Positions 21,307 through 31,218 are shown, numbered from the stretch's first letter. The stretch: DNA of 64,000 nucleotides from an uncultured delta proteobacterium (GCA_963798485.1 CAWCTR010000030.1:160001-224000); one strand, 5' to 3'. Numbers and translations are program-made. The notes: generated by a model not told the origin, from the letters alone.

Positions 21307-22083
21307 ATGAAAGTAGTATTATTCTGCGGCGGTTTGGGTACTCGTTTGAGTGATCATTCTGGTGAGATTCCCAAACCGATGGTGAAGATCGGTTACAGGC
21401 CAATATTATGGCACGTTATGAAATATTATGCCCACTTTGGGCATAAGGATTTCATCCTGTGCCTTGGGTATAGAGCAGATGTAATTAAAGAATTCTTTTT
21501 GAATTACAATGAGTGTGTCTCCAATGATTTTACGCTATCAAATGGAGGCAAGGAACTTCGTCTTAAACAAAACGATATCGCCGATTGGAGCATCACCTGT
21601 GTAGATACCGGATTAAATTCCAATATCGGGCAGAGATTAAAGGCGGTGGAAAAATACCTTGATGACGAGGAGTATTTCTTGGCTAATTATGCCGACGGGT
21701 TAACCGATCTCCACCTGCCGGACATGATTGATGACTTTAAGAAGAGTGGGAAGACAGGGGCCTTTATTTGCGTTAAGCCGTCACAGAGTTTTTCCGTTGT
21801 TTCGCTGGGTGAAGGAAATCGTGTTGAAAAAATAGACTATGTCAAAGATGCTGATATGTATATCAACGGCGGATATTTTGTCTTCAGACATGAATTATTC
21901 CATTATATGAAAGATGGCGAGGAACTGGTAGTTGAACCATTCAATCGATTAATTCAAGAGAATAAATTGATGGGGTATAAATACGATAAATTTTGGCATT
22001 GTATGGACACCTTTAAAGAACAAAAAGAATTAAATGATATGTATGAGCGAGGTACTGCCCCTTGGGAATTGTGGAAAAAATAA
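21307..22083 (+). CDS. rfbF: Glucose-1-phosphate cytidylyltransferase
   Basis: CGGLGTRL, PKPMVKIG, INGGYF, FWHCMDTFKE and terminal APW. Confidence 0.88.
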   Translation: MKVVLFCGGLGTRLSDHSGEIPKPMVKIGYRPILWHVMKYYAHFGHKDFILCLGYRADVIKEFFLNYNECVSNDFTLSNGGKELRLKQNDIADWSITCVDTGLNSNIGQRLKAVEKYLDDEEYFLANYADGLTDLHLPDMIDDFKKSGKTGAFICVKPSQSFSVVSLGEGNRVEKIDYVKDADMYINGGYFVFRHELFHYMKDGEELVVEPFNRLIQENKLMGYKYDKFWHCMDTFKEQKELNDMYERGTAPWELWKK

Positions 22084-22116
22084 CGATAAATATTAATTGT
22101 AATATAGGACAATGAT

Positions 22117-22770
22117 ATGCTCAAATTCAAATTTGCTATCAATAAGAATCGCCCCCTGAAAATATTGTGCATGGGTGCGCATAGTGATGATATCGAAATA
22201 GGCTGCGGAGGCACAATATTACGGCTATTATCAGAATATGATGATGTTGAAGTCTATTGGGTAGTTTTAGGATCAAGCGGCCAAAGAGACAGTGAAGCAT
22301 CTGCCAGTGCACATAAATTTTTATCGGGTACGAAGAAGAAAAAAATCATCATAAAAAATTTCAAGGATGGTTTTTTCCCTTACATCGGAGAAGAAATTAA
22401 AATATTTTTTGAAGAGTTAAAAAAACAAGTATCGCCGGATGTTATCTTTACCCATTACCGCAATGACCTGCACCAGGACCACCGGCTGATTTCTGAACTG
22501 ACCTGGAATACCTTCAGGAATCATCTGATCCTCGAATACGAAATTATGAAATATGACGGCGATATGGGTAACCCTAATTTTTTCGTTCATCTGGATCAAC
22601 ATACCTGCAAGATGAAGATAGAGCTGCTATTGGAGTCATTCAAGTCTCAGTCACACCATCAATGGTTCAGCGAGGATGCCTTTTTTGCGCTGCTCAGGCT
22701 TAGAGGCATTGAAAGCAGCGCTTCCGGGAACTATGCTGAGGGTTTTTACTGTCGAAAAGTAGTTATCTGA
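22117..22770 (+). CDS. PIG-L/LmbE family deacetylase
   Basis: GAHSDDIEIGCGG and DLHQDH metal-binding motifs. Confidence 0.88.
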   Translation: MLKFKFAINKNRPLKILCMGAHSDDIEIGCGGTILRLLSEYDDVEVYWVVLGSSGQRDSEASASAHKFLSGTKKKKIIIKNFKDGFFPYIGEEIKIFFEELKKQVSPDVIFTHYRNDLHQDHRLISELTWNTFRNHLILEYEIMKYDGDMGNPNFFVHLDQHTCKMKIELLLESFKSQSHHQWFSEDAFFALLRLRGIESSASGNYAEGFYCRKVVI

Positions 22771-22793
22771 AAGTTGATCTTTCTGGAGAATAG

Positions 22794-24275
22794 ATGGAGG
22801 ATTTGAAGGAGCGAGTGGTTCGTGGAGGATTTACTAAACTCTGCGGTCAAGCCGCAAGTTTCGCTCTTTCCCTAGTCTCAATGGCGGTTTTGGGTCGTCT
22901 GTTGGACCCGAAAGACTTTGGGCTAGTAGCTATGGTAACTGCCGTCTCAGGGATTTATACTATTTTCCTGTATGGTGGGCTTTCGTCGGCAACAATTCAA
23001 AATGCTAGCATCACAAACGAACAGATTTCGGTATTATTTTGGATCAATATACTGTTGGGGGCTATCCTCGGTTTTTTGTTACTTGTAACTGCTCCATTTC
23101 TTGTTTTATTTTATCATGAGCCTCGTCTCTTCTGGGTGTCAGTGGCAGTAGCGACAGGGTTCCTCATCAGCGCGGCAGGGGTGCAACACAATGCACTTCT
23201 TCAACGCCAATTACGCTTTGTTACAACGACAGTGATCACATTGCTGTCACAAGTGGTAAGTCTTTCTGTTGCCATCGGCATGGCTATTGGTGGTTTTGGT
23301 TATTGGGCTCTTGTTGCATCAACAATTTTTTCCACGGCTACTACAACCGTCTGTTCGTGGCTGACCACATCGTGGATTCCGGGGATACCACGAAGGGGAG
23401 TTGGGGTCCGCTCAATGGTGTATTATGGGGGTACGCTCACTTTGAATAACATCATTGTTTATATTGCTTATAATTTTGAAAAGGTACTCCTTGGGCGCTT
23501 TTGGGGAGCAAATGCTCTCGGTCTTTATGGAAGGGCATACAGCCTTATCAATATCCCGACTGATAATATTAATTCTGCGGTAGGCGGGGTGGCTTTTTCG
23601 GCATTATCACGGCTACAACATGACCCTAGCCGCTCAAAAAGTTACTTTCTTAAGGGATACTCTCTGGTCTTGTCAATGACACTCCCAATTACTTTATTCT
23701 GCGCTTTGTGTGCCGATGATATAATAATGATTCTCCTTGGACCAAAATGGAAAGATGCGGTAGTTATTTTTCGCTTGTTGACCCCGACCATCTTGATATT
23801 CGGTATGATCAACCCATTTGGAGGATTGCTCCAAGCAATTGGATTTCAGGTGAGAAGCTTAAAAATTGCACTAGTCATCGCTCCTCTGGTAATTGGTTCT
23901 TATGTCATAGGATTGCCTTTTGGACCAAGAGGTGTTGCCTTAGCATATTCGACTGCAATGAGTTTATGGCTTATTCCGCATATCATATGGTGCATACACG
24001 GCACAATGATTTCTCTAAGGGACATAATGCTAGCAATTAGCCGTCCTTTCATTTCGGGCATAGTATCTGCTTTAGTCACATTAAGTGTCCACCTGTTTTT
24101 CGTGGAATTGCTACCCCCTTTCCCTAGGCTTTTATTGGGGGGCTGTGTTATGCTTGGGACATACCTTTTGATGCTTTTATTTGTTATGGGACAGAAAGAG
24201 ATGTACCTCAATCTTCTCCGAGGATTAAGGGGGAGTTCTTCAGTTGAGAAAGTGATAGAAGATGAGATTAGTTGA
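22794..24275 (+). CDS. wzx: Wzx/PST-family polysaccharide flippase
   Basis: RLLDPKDFGLVAM, GYWALV, LGLYGRAY and LLGPKW; many transmembrane segments. Confidence 0.85.
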   Translation: MEDLKERVVRGGFTKLCGQAASFALSLVSMAVLGRLLDPKDFGLVAMVTAVSGIYTIFLYGGLSSATIQNASITNEQISVLFWINILLGAILGFLLLVTAPFLVLFYHEPRLFWVSVAVATGFLISAAGVQHNALLQRQLRFVTTTVITLLSQVVSLSVAIGMAIGGFGYWALVASTIFSTATTTVCSWLTTSWIPGIPRRGVGVRSMVYYGGTLTLNNIIVYIAYNFEKVLLGRFWGANALGLYGRAYSLINIPTDNINSAVGGVAFSALSRLQHDPSRSKSYFLKGYSLVLSMTLPITLFCALCADDIIMILLGPKWKDAVVIFRLLTPTILIFGMINPFGGLLQAIGFQVRSLKIALVIAPLVIGSYVIGLPFGPRGVALAYSTAMSLWLIPHIIWCIHGTMISLRDIMLAISRPFISGIVSALVTLSVHLFFVELLPPFPRLLLGGCVMLGTYLLMLLFVMGQKEMYLNLLRGLRGSSSVEKVIEDEIS

Positions 24276-24417
24276 GGAAATTGATCGTTCTGATTAGTTT
24301 TATTCCGCTTGCTGTTAATTGAAATAAGATGTCTTTTCAATAGGCCCTCGATTCCTTTTCATAAATAACACCCGCTTTCCAGCAGCAGATGATAGCTGCT
24401 ACCAGGTGATATAAAGA

Positions 24418-24873
24418 GAGATCTATGCACAACCAACTTACTCTTAGACGTAGACCTAGATTGAGTAGATATCTCGCGATGGAAGCGAATAACAAATTGA
24501 TATTATTGATGATAAAAGGTAGTCTTTCCCTAGCAATTAAAGAGCAAGGGGAGACGCCATGTGTTTTAAGGAATACGAGAAGAACATGAGCTTCCTGGAC
24601 ATGGAACAGAACAAGACCCTGGGGATATCAAGGACAGAGAGGGGTTTGAAGGAGAGATCCATCCCTTGCGTTCAACATCAAGCGAGCATACCTTGTGTGG
24701 TCAGGAAGACGGTTCCTGTGCATGTAACCTAGGGACAGGTGTGTCAGGAGGATGCGAATGGCTACAGGGCAGAAGGGGGAGATCGGACACAAGAAGCAGC
24801 TCACATCCATGGGTTTTAAATGAAAAATGAACCATAGCGGTCTGATCTCAAACAGTGAATATGCAAAGGTTTC
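24418..24873 (+). mobile_element. Internally deleted IS5-family element
   Basis: Left end GAGATCTATGCACAACC and right end TGCAAAGGTTTC are inverted repeats of the GAGACCTTTGCA type. Transposase N-terminus MCFKEYEKNMSFLDM (from 24559) is joined to C-terminal AFNIKRA. Confidence 0.65.
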
Positions 24874-24899
24874 CATATTTGATATAAAAAGGGTAAAAT

Positions 24900-25874
24900 A
24901 TGACAAATCAACCATTAGTGTCTATTGTTACACCTGTTTACAATGGAGAAAAGTACTTATCTGAGTGCATAGAAAGTGTGCTCGATCAGCACTATTCTAA
25001 TTGGGAGTATATTATTGTAAATAACTTTAGTATTGATAGTACCTTTGATATTGCTTCTACTTATGCAAAAAAAGATGCTCGTATTAGAATAATTAATAAT
25101 ACAAAATTTGTTGACGTTATTGAAAACCATAATATCGCTTTTAAGGCAATATCTCATGAAAGCAAATACTGTAAGGTCGTATCTGCGGATGATTGGATTT
25201 ACCCCGAGTGTATTGAGCGACTGGTTGAGGTTGCAGAGAAGTATCCATCAGTAGGAATAGTAGGATGCTATATTATTAGTAACATGGGAGTTTTCGCGAT
25301 TGATCTCCCTCTGAATACTACCTTTTTTACGGGCCAAGAGGTTTGTCGAAAGCAATTACTAGGTGTACCTATATTTAAAGCACCATCCTCTCTTCTTTAT
25401 CGCGCTGAAATGATTAGAGGAACGGAGCCTTATTTTGTAGGTTCTGCCCCAAATGCGGACTTGGATGCCTTTTTCAGAGATTTGCAATATAATGACTATG
25501 GCTGTGTGCATCAGATACTAAGTTTTGAAAGAGTACACAAAGAAGCTATAACTTGGGGATTGGTGAAATTTAATTCGTTCTTGGTCGATCGTTTAGAGTT
25601 TCTTGTTAGGTATGGGCCTATATATTTAAGCAAGCAAGAGTATGAGAAACGTATGATACTATTGCTAAATGAATATTATGAATATCTTGCTGAACGAAAG
25701 GTCAGTTTCGTGAATAGCCAATTCTGGGATTATCAAAAAAGAAGGCTTTCGGAGTTGGGATATCAGATTGATAATATCAGATTGGCTAAAGCTGTTTTCC
25801 ATAAAATTATGGATTTGTTATTCAATCCTAAGCGGTCGATCGAGAAAATAATTAAACGTCTGAATGCCGAATGA
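24900..25874 (+). CDS. Glycosyltransferase family 2
   Basis: PLVSIVTPVYNGEKYLSECIESVL and SADD motifs. Confidence 0.9.
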   Translation: MTNQPLVSIVTPVYNGEKYLSECIESVLDQHYSNWEYIIVNNFSIDSTFDIASTYAKKDARIRIINNTKFVDVIENHNIAFKAISHESKYCKVVSADDWIYPECIERLVEVAEKYPSVGIVGCYIISNMGVFAIDLPLNTTFFTGQEVCRKQLLGVPIFKAPSSLLYRAEMIRGTEPYFVGSAPNADLDAFFRDLQYNDYGCVHQILSFERVHKEAITWGLVKFNSFLVDRLEFLVRYGPIYLSKQEYEKRMILLLNEYYEYLAERKVSFVNSQFWDYQKRRLSELGYQIDNIRLAKAVFHKIMDLLFNPKRSIEKIIKRLNAE

Positions 25875-25979
25875 CACATCACCCGGACTCAAAAGAATAA
25901 AAAATATCTTTCTAATTTTGTATCATCTGGAATAAAGGGTAAATGAAACTTCGAAAAAGAGTGTATCGGGAGAAGAATT

Positions 25980-27434
25980 ATGTACATTCAATGCTCCACA
26001 AAGCTGCAAATTATTTTAATTGTCCTGGTGGTCGCTGCTCTTTTTAGTGATTGCTCTAAATCTGCTTCTGTCGTTAGTATTAGGCCAACTTCAGTATCAA
26101 GTATAAATTGGCCTCTCCGGATTAATACAAAAGGGAGATATCTTGAGGATCAATCAAGTGTGCCATTTTTGTTGACTGCTGATGCCGGCTGGCTTGCAGC
26201 AGTGCAAATCAGTCAGGAAGATGTAATAACCTATCTTGATGATAGGGCTGCCAAGGGATTCACTGCGGTTGAATTCATGGCTATAAGTAAATATGACCAA
26301 TCTAACGCGCCCGACAATTATTATGGACAAGCCCCCTTTACGAATGGTTCCGGGGATTGGTCTGTGAGGAATGAGGCTTATTGGACTAATGTGGATTTTT
26401 TTGTAGCAGCGGCAAAGGCCCGCAATATGGCCGTTCTTATGTTTCCCGCCTATTTAGGTTGGGGGTGTGGTTATGATGGTTGGTGTTCTGATATGCAGGC
26501 GCAAACAGATGAAGCCATGACCAGTTATGGAACGTGGATCGGGAATAGATATAAAGATTATGGCAACATTATCTGGATGGCTGCTGGTGATGCTGACCCT
26601 TCAAGTTACCCTAATGTTCAAGCAAGAGAAGAGGCCCTCGTTTCAGGTATAAAGGCGGGTGATCCGGATGCATTCTTTTCTTGCGAACCACATTATGAAC
26701 AGATAGGCGGGATAGATTCGTGCACTACATTGGTTGATATTAATAGTCTCTATACCTATGGTTTTCAGGCATCAAAGGCGCAAATAGCATATGGAAATGC
26801 ACGCCCATTCATGTTTCAAGAAGGACATTATGAAAATGAACATGGAAGTACACTTGTTCAGTGGGATTCTCAAACACTGGTAACCATATTAGGTGGTGGC
26901 CTTGTTGGTGCCGTATACGGGTGTTGTCCTTTGTGGAGTTTTGGGGCCCAGGTATCCCTATATTGTAATTCCACTTCAGCACCGTATGATTCATGGAAAG
27001 ATGCTATGAACGCCTCTGGAGCAGTGTCCCAGGGAAACATAGGAAAATTGCTGAGGTCTCGCCAATGGTGGTCTTTTATACCTGATTATACAAATGTGGT
27101 AGTGACTTCAAATAAAAATACTGAGGAGCATTATCATGCAACGGCACGAGAGAGCACTGGTGAAACGGTCATGGTATGGTGTCCTAATACAGATCAAGTC
27201 ACGGTTGATATGACTAAGATCGCAGGTACTAATGCGAAAGTGTGGTGGTTTAATCCTGACGATGCATCGACTTCTTTGATAGGCACTTATCCAACTACTG
27301 GAATGAGAAACTTCACTCCAAATGCAAGGCGAGTCTTGGTTCTTGATAATGCGGATTTAGGATTTGCTGGACCTGGGACTACTGTTTATTCAAAGAAGAG
27401 TACTCTTTCTTTGTCTAAACGCCACCCACGATGA
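25980..27434 (+). CDS. Secreted DUF4038 (GH140/apiosidase-like) protein with a C-terminal collagen-binding-type domain
   Basis: Signal/lipobox-like N-terminus; GRYLED..VPFLL.AD.GW, YLDDRAAKGF, NIIWM.AGD, EGHYENE and WWFNP. Confidence 0.7.
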   Translation: MYIQCSTKLQIILIVLVVAALFSDCSKSASVVSIRPTSVSSINWPLRINTKGRYLEDQSSVPFLLTADAGWLAAVQISQEDVITYLDDRAAKGFTAVEFMAISKYDQSNAPDNYYGQAPFTNGSGDWSVRNEAYWTNVDFFVAAAKARNMAVLMFPAYLGWGCGYDGWCSDMQAQTDEAMTSYGTWIGNRYKDYGNIIWMAAGDADPSSYPNVQAREEALVSGIKAGDPDAFFSCEPHYEQIGGIDSCTTLVDINSLYTYGFQASKAQIAYGNARPFMFQEGHYENEHGSTLVQWDSQTLVTILGGGLVGAVYGCCPLWSFGAQVSLYCNSTSAPYDSWKDAMNASGAVSQGNIGKLLRSRQWWSFIPDYTNVVVTSNKNTEEHYHATARESTGETVMVWCPNTDQVTVDMTKIAGTNAKVWWFNPDDASTSLIGTYPTTGMRNFTPNARRVLVLDNADLGFAGPGTTVYSKKSTLSLSKRHPR

Positions 27435-27657
27435 ATAGCTCTATGTTAAAACAGAAAGGTGTCAATTCAAAGATAAACGATAGGTAAACACAGTATCTCG
27501 GATAAAAGATAATATATTGGAGGCATGAGGAGCAGAGATTCGTAGGGTATCTGACTGAATATGAAATGTAGAGAAAACGGGATGCTTAACCAGGGTCCAA
27601 GTTAGTAACGGCCTTGGAAAGTATCTTAGAGAGTATGTATCAAACCAGAGAGGGCAT

Positions 27658-28737
27658 ATGATGAAACTGAAGGTAGGCGATTGGGTTGAGGTCCGAAGCA
27701 AGGGGGAGATCTTGAGGACGCTCGACAAGAAGGGCTGTTTGGAGGGACTCCCCTTTATGCCGCAGATGTTTCAATACTGCGGTAAACAGTTCAAGGTATT
27801 TAAGCGCGCACACAAGACTTGTGATACAGTTACCAAGACAGGTGGTCGAAGACTTTCCAATGGAGTTCATCTCAATACTCGATGTGATGGACAGGCTTAC
27901 GGAGGATGCCAGGCGGCATGCCTGATTTTTTGGAAAGAAGATTGGCTGAAGCCTGTTGATAATAGTAAGAGCCTCACAGCGTCATCATCGAGAAAAAAGT
28001 CTGCGCGGAAAGTTGAGTCACCCGCTGGTGAATGCTGCGCGGAGGAAGATGTCTTGGCTGGAACATATTCCGAAGACCAGCATGCCATCGAAGAAATGAG
28101 ATATGTGTGTCAAGCGACCCAATTGCCTTACTTCACTACACTCCTTCCATGGTGGGATATCAGGCAGTATCTTGAAGATTACTGCTCGGGTAATGTTTCT
28201 CTGAAACAAATGTTTAATGGGTTTATTTATGCTGGTTTTTATATGTTATGCTTTCGAATATCCCGAATTTGGTGTAGCTTAAGTATCCTCCTTCGTTGGT
28301 TTTATGATAAGGTTCAAGCTCTTCGAGGTGGCCTTCCCTACCCACGAAAAGCAGGTATAATTCCTGCCGGGCAACCCACTCCAACGTGTAGTTTGAATCT
28401 CCAGCCAGGTGAATTGGTGCGTATAAAATCATATGAAGAGATTATTGCAACACTGGACACAAATAATAAGAACCACGGACTCTATTTTGACGCAGAAATG
28501 ATGCCATATTGCGGCGGGACTTATCGAATAAGGACACGATTGAATAAGTTTATCAACGAAAATACTGGTGAGTTGATAACGGTAAAGAATGCAGCCATAA
28601 TCCTTGACGATGTCTGTTGCCAAGCCCGTTATAGCGATTGCCGTATGTTCTGTCCAAGGAGCATTTATCCATGGTGGCGTGAAGTTTGGCTTGAAAGGGT
28701 TACCGAAGTTAACTTGTATAATTATGGTCTTCAATAG
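27658..28737 (+). CDS. Hypothetical Cys-rich protein with two homologous SH3-like domains
   Basis: LKVGDWVEVRS..EI..TLD..G...GL.F...M..YCG...C...WKEDWL is repeated as LQPGELVRIKS..EI..TLD..N...GL.F...M..YCG...C...WREVWL. Confidence 0.75.
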   Translation: MMKLKVGDWVEVRSKGEILRTLDKKGCLEGLPFMPQMFQYCGKQFKVFKRAHKTCDTVTKTGGRRLSNGVHLNTRCDGQAYGGCQAACLIFWKEDWLKPVDNSKSLTASSSRKKSARKVESPAGECCAEEDVLAGTYSEDQHAIEEMRYVCQATQLPYFTTLLPWWDIRQYLEDYCSGNVSLKQMFNGFIYAGFYMLCFRISRIWCSLSILLRWFYDKVQALRGGLPYPRKAGIIPAGQPTPTCSLNLQPGELVRIKSYEEIIATLDTNNKNHGLYFDAEMMPYCGGTYRIRTRLNKFINENTGELITVKNAAIILDDVCCQARYSDCRMFCPRSIYPWWREVWLERVTEVNLYNYGLQ

Positions 28738-30148
28738 CCTTCAATTCCTTGTTTTTTTCATAGCTGTCTATTCGATCTATCTGGTGCTGGGTCACCGAGC
28801 TCAAAATAGGTTCTTGCTGGTCGCGAGTTATGCTTTTTATGCCGCCTGGGATTACAGATTCCTTTCCTTGCTTATTATCTCAACCACTATCGACTATTTA
28901 ATAGGTTTAAGAATTGCCGACAACAAAAGTCATATGGTCCGGAAACGACTGATTTCGAGCACTATCATTTTTCACCTAGGGCTGTTGGGCTTTTTCAAAT
29001 ACTTCAATTTTTTTGCTGATGGTCTAAGTGGATTGGTTGCCCTGATAGGCTTTTCAGCTTCACATTTTACCTTGGATGTAGTACTGCCGCTGGGCATCTC
29101 ATTTTACACATTTGTATCCATGAGTTATGTGATTGATGTTTATCGTGATCGGATTACACCATGTCGTAATTTCTTAGACTTCGCCCTTTTTATAGCCTTT
29201 TTCCCTCCGTTGGTATCGGGTCCGATCGGACGGGGGCCTTTATTGATTCCTCAAATCCTAAAGCCTCGCGTAATAACCCCTGATAACTTGGCAGACGGCT
29301 TCTTTCTTATCATCTGGGGCTTATTCAAAAAGGTTGTTATTGCAGATAACCTGAGTTTCACAGTGAATGAAATCTTTGCCAAGAGCCATGGATTTGTTGA
29401 TGGAGAGGTGTTCATTGCTGCACTATTTTTCACATTCCAGATCTACGCGGACTTCTCCGGATATACTGACATAGCACGTGGAATCTCGAAGCTGATGGGC
29501 TTTGATTTGATGCTGAACTTTAATCTGCCATATTTTGCCCGTAACCCTAGTGATTTCTGGCACCGATGGCATATAAGCTTATCCAGTTGGCTGAGAGATT
29601 ACCTTTATATACCCCTGGGTGGTAACCGCTACGGAGAGATCAGGACGTACCGGAATCTAATCTTGACTATGACACTAGGGGGGCTTTGGCATGGGGCCGC
29701 CTGGAATTTTGTATGCTGGGGGTTTTATCATGGCATCGTACTGACCGCACATCGTTTTTTAGGCCGAGTCGGTTTTATTAACCCGGATCGTCAGCACGGG
29801 TTAATAATAGAGGAAGTAATTAAGTACAGTTCGATCGGTGTAATGTTCATATTCACCATTTACGGCTGGCTGCTTTTTCGAGCGAATAGTTTAACACAGA
29901 TTGCCAATATGACAGCAGCCATCATGAATCTATCGCTTAACAGTTTTGTTTTCAGCAAAATAGCAAAGCTGATATTTTATATATGGCCGCTGATATTTAT
30001 TCAGATATGTCAATACTACTCTTCGGATCTCCGGATTGTAACCCGTAGCCCCAGACTGTTGCAGGCGGCTATGTATTTATTGTTGCTGTTTTTCCTTATG
30101 GTGTTAGGAAATTTCGATGGAACGTCATTTATCTATTCCCAGTTTTAG
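28724..30148 (+). CDS. MBOAT family O-acyltransferase (AlgI/DltB-like)
   Basis: Start MVFNSLQF at 28724; LPLGISFYTF, QIYADFSGY, FWHRWHISLSSWLRDYLYIPLGG and GLWHGA. Confidence 0.92.
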   Translation: MVFNSLQFLVFFIAVYSIYLVLGHRAQNRFLLVASYAFYAAWDYRFLSLLIISTTIDYLIGLRIADNKSHMVRKRLISSTIIFHLGLLGFFKYFNFFADGLSGLVALIGFSASHFTLDVVLPLGISFYTFVSMSYVIDVYRDRITPCRNFLDFALFIAFFPPLVSGPIGRGPLLIPQILKPRVITPDNLADGFFLIIWGLFKKVVIADNLSFTVNEIFAKSHGFVDGEVFIAALFFTFQIYADFSGYTDIARGISKLMGFDLMLNFNLPYFARNPSDFWHRWHISLSSWLRDYLYIPLGGNRYGEIRTYRNLILTMTLGGLWHGAAWNFVCWGFYHGIVLTAHRFLGRVGFINPDRQHGLIIEEVIKYSSIGVMFIFTIYGWLLFRANSLTQIANMTAAIMNLSLNSFVFSKIAKLIFYIWPLIFIQICQYYSSDLRIVTRSPRLLQAAMYLLLLFFLMVLGNFDGTSFIYSQF

Positions 30149-31112
30149 AAGGCATCACCCCACGCAGGCCATCGGTTTGTTTCTTGTGGGTGTTCTCGTA
30201 CTGGAGCTGATTTGCCATACGTATTTGCCACGGAGCTACATGGAGCTCCAATTCAATAAGATCCGCCAGTGTGTTGTGGGTGGCTCTGCTCCTGCAATCC
30301 AGATCATGGGAGATTCTGTCGCTGCAGGTGGCATACTGACGACTTTTCTGGGTTGCGATGGTAAAACAATACGGAATGATGCCCTTGTCGGAAGCGGTCC
30401 AGCCTTCAGCTATTTTCTCTTGAAAGATGAGATTGCTGCTCATCGTAATCCAGCATATCTGATTCTGGCTTATTCACCTCATACATTCAGCGGTATTCGT
30501 ACCCCTGTCTTTATAGGTAGTTTCGCTTATTGGTCTGAGCTTCCGGAGCTTTTCTGGAATAGTGACGACCGCTTTTCTTTTCTCTATGGCATACTGACAA
30601 GGTTATCCTACATCCTTGCATATCGCGATCAGTTCAAAGCCCTCCTTACTAATGGAGACTATCATTTTTTCATCAGCAAACCTGATACGGACAAGTCTGA
30701 AAAAAATCGGTTGAACGAATACAAGGCACTGCTTGATAAGAACAAATTTAAACCAAAATCATTGGGGGATGGGCTCTGGGACATGTACAAGGAGCCATTT
30801 CGGGTGTCTCCGCTCAATGATCTTTACTTCTGCCGGTTGCTGCAACTGACTAAATCACACGGTATCAAGGTGTACTGGATTACGATGCCAGTAACTCAGC
30901 GTGTACATAACTATCGACAAGGGATCAGTTATGAAAGCAACTTTATTAATTATTTGGATCGGTTCGTAAAACGGGGTGAACTGAAGTATATACAGCGAGA
31001 TTTTTTGGTTTACGAAGACAAATATTTTGACGATCTTTCCCACATAAACATGAACGGTGCTATCAAATTCAGTTCACGACTGTCTGAGATCCTGCCGGCG
31101 GAGGTTCAATAA
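30117..31112 (+). CDS. SGNH-like periplasmic acyl-transfer partner (AlgJ/PatB/DltD-like)
   Basis: N-terminal anchor, IMGDS and C-terminal DDLSH (DxxH); overlaps the MBOAT gene. Confidence 0.6.
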   Translation: MERHLSIPSFRRHHPTQAIGLFLVGVLVLELICHTYLPRSYMELQFNKIRQCVVGGSAPAIQIMGDSVAAGGILTTFLGCDGKTIRNDALVGSGPAFSYFLLKDEIAAHRNPAYLILAYSPHTFSGIRTPVFIGSFAYWSELPELFWNSDDRFSFLYGILTRLSYILAYRDQFKALLTNGDYHFFISKPDTDKSEKNRLNEYKALLDKNKFKPKSLGDGLWDMYKEPFRVSPLNDLYFCRLLQLTKSHGIKVYWITMPVTQRVHNYRQGISYESNFINYLDRFVKRGELKYIQRDFLVYEDKYFDDLSHINMNGAIKFSSRLSEILPAEVQ

Positions 31113-31126
31113 CTAACATTATTTAT

Positions 31127-31202
31127 TGGTGCCGAGGGACTGAGTTGAACCGCCGACAGGAGGATTTTCAGTACGCTGCTCTACCTGCTGAGCTACTTCG
31201 GC
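31127..31202 (-). pseudogene. Degenerate tRNA-Phe(GAA)
   Basis: Minus strand reads GCCGAAGTAGCTCAGCAGGTAGAGCAGCGTACTGAAAATCCTCCTGTCGGCGGTTCAACTCAGTCCCTCGGCACCA (76 nt, CCA end). Mismatches: one in the acceptor stem, two in the anticodon stem, one in the T stem. Confidence 0.8.
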
Positions 31203-31218
31203 ACCGTTTGGATGTGTA

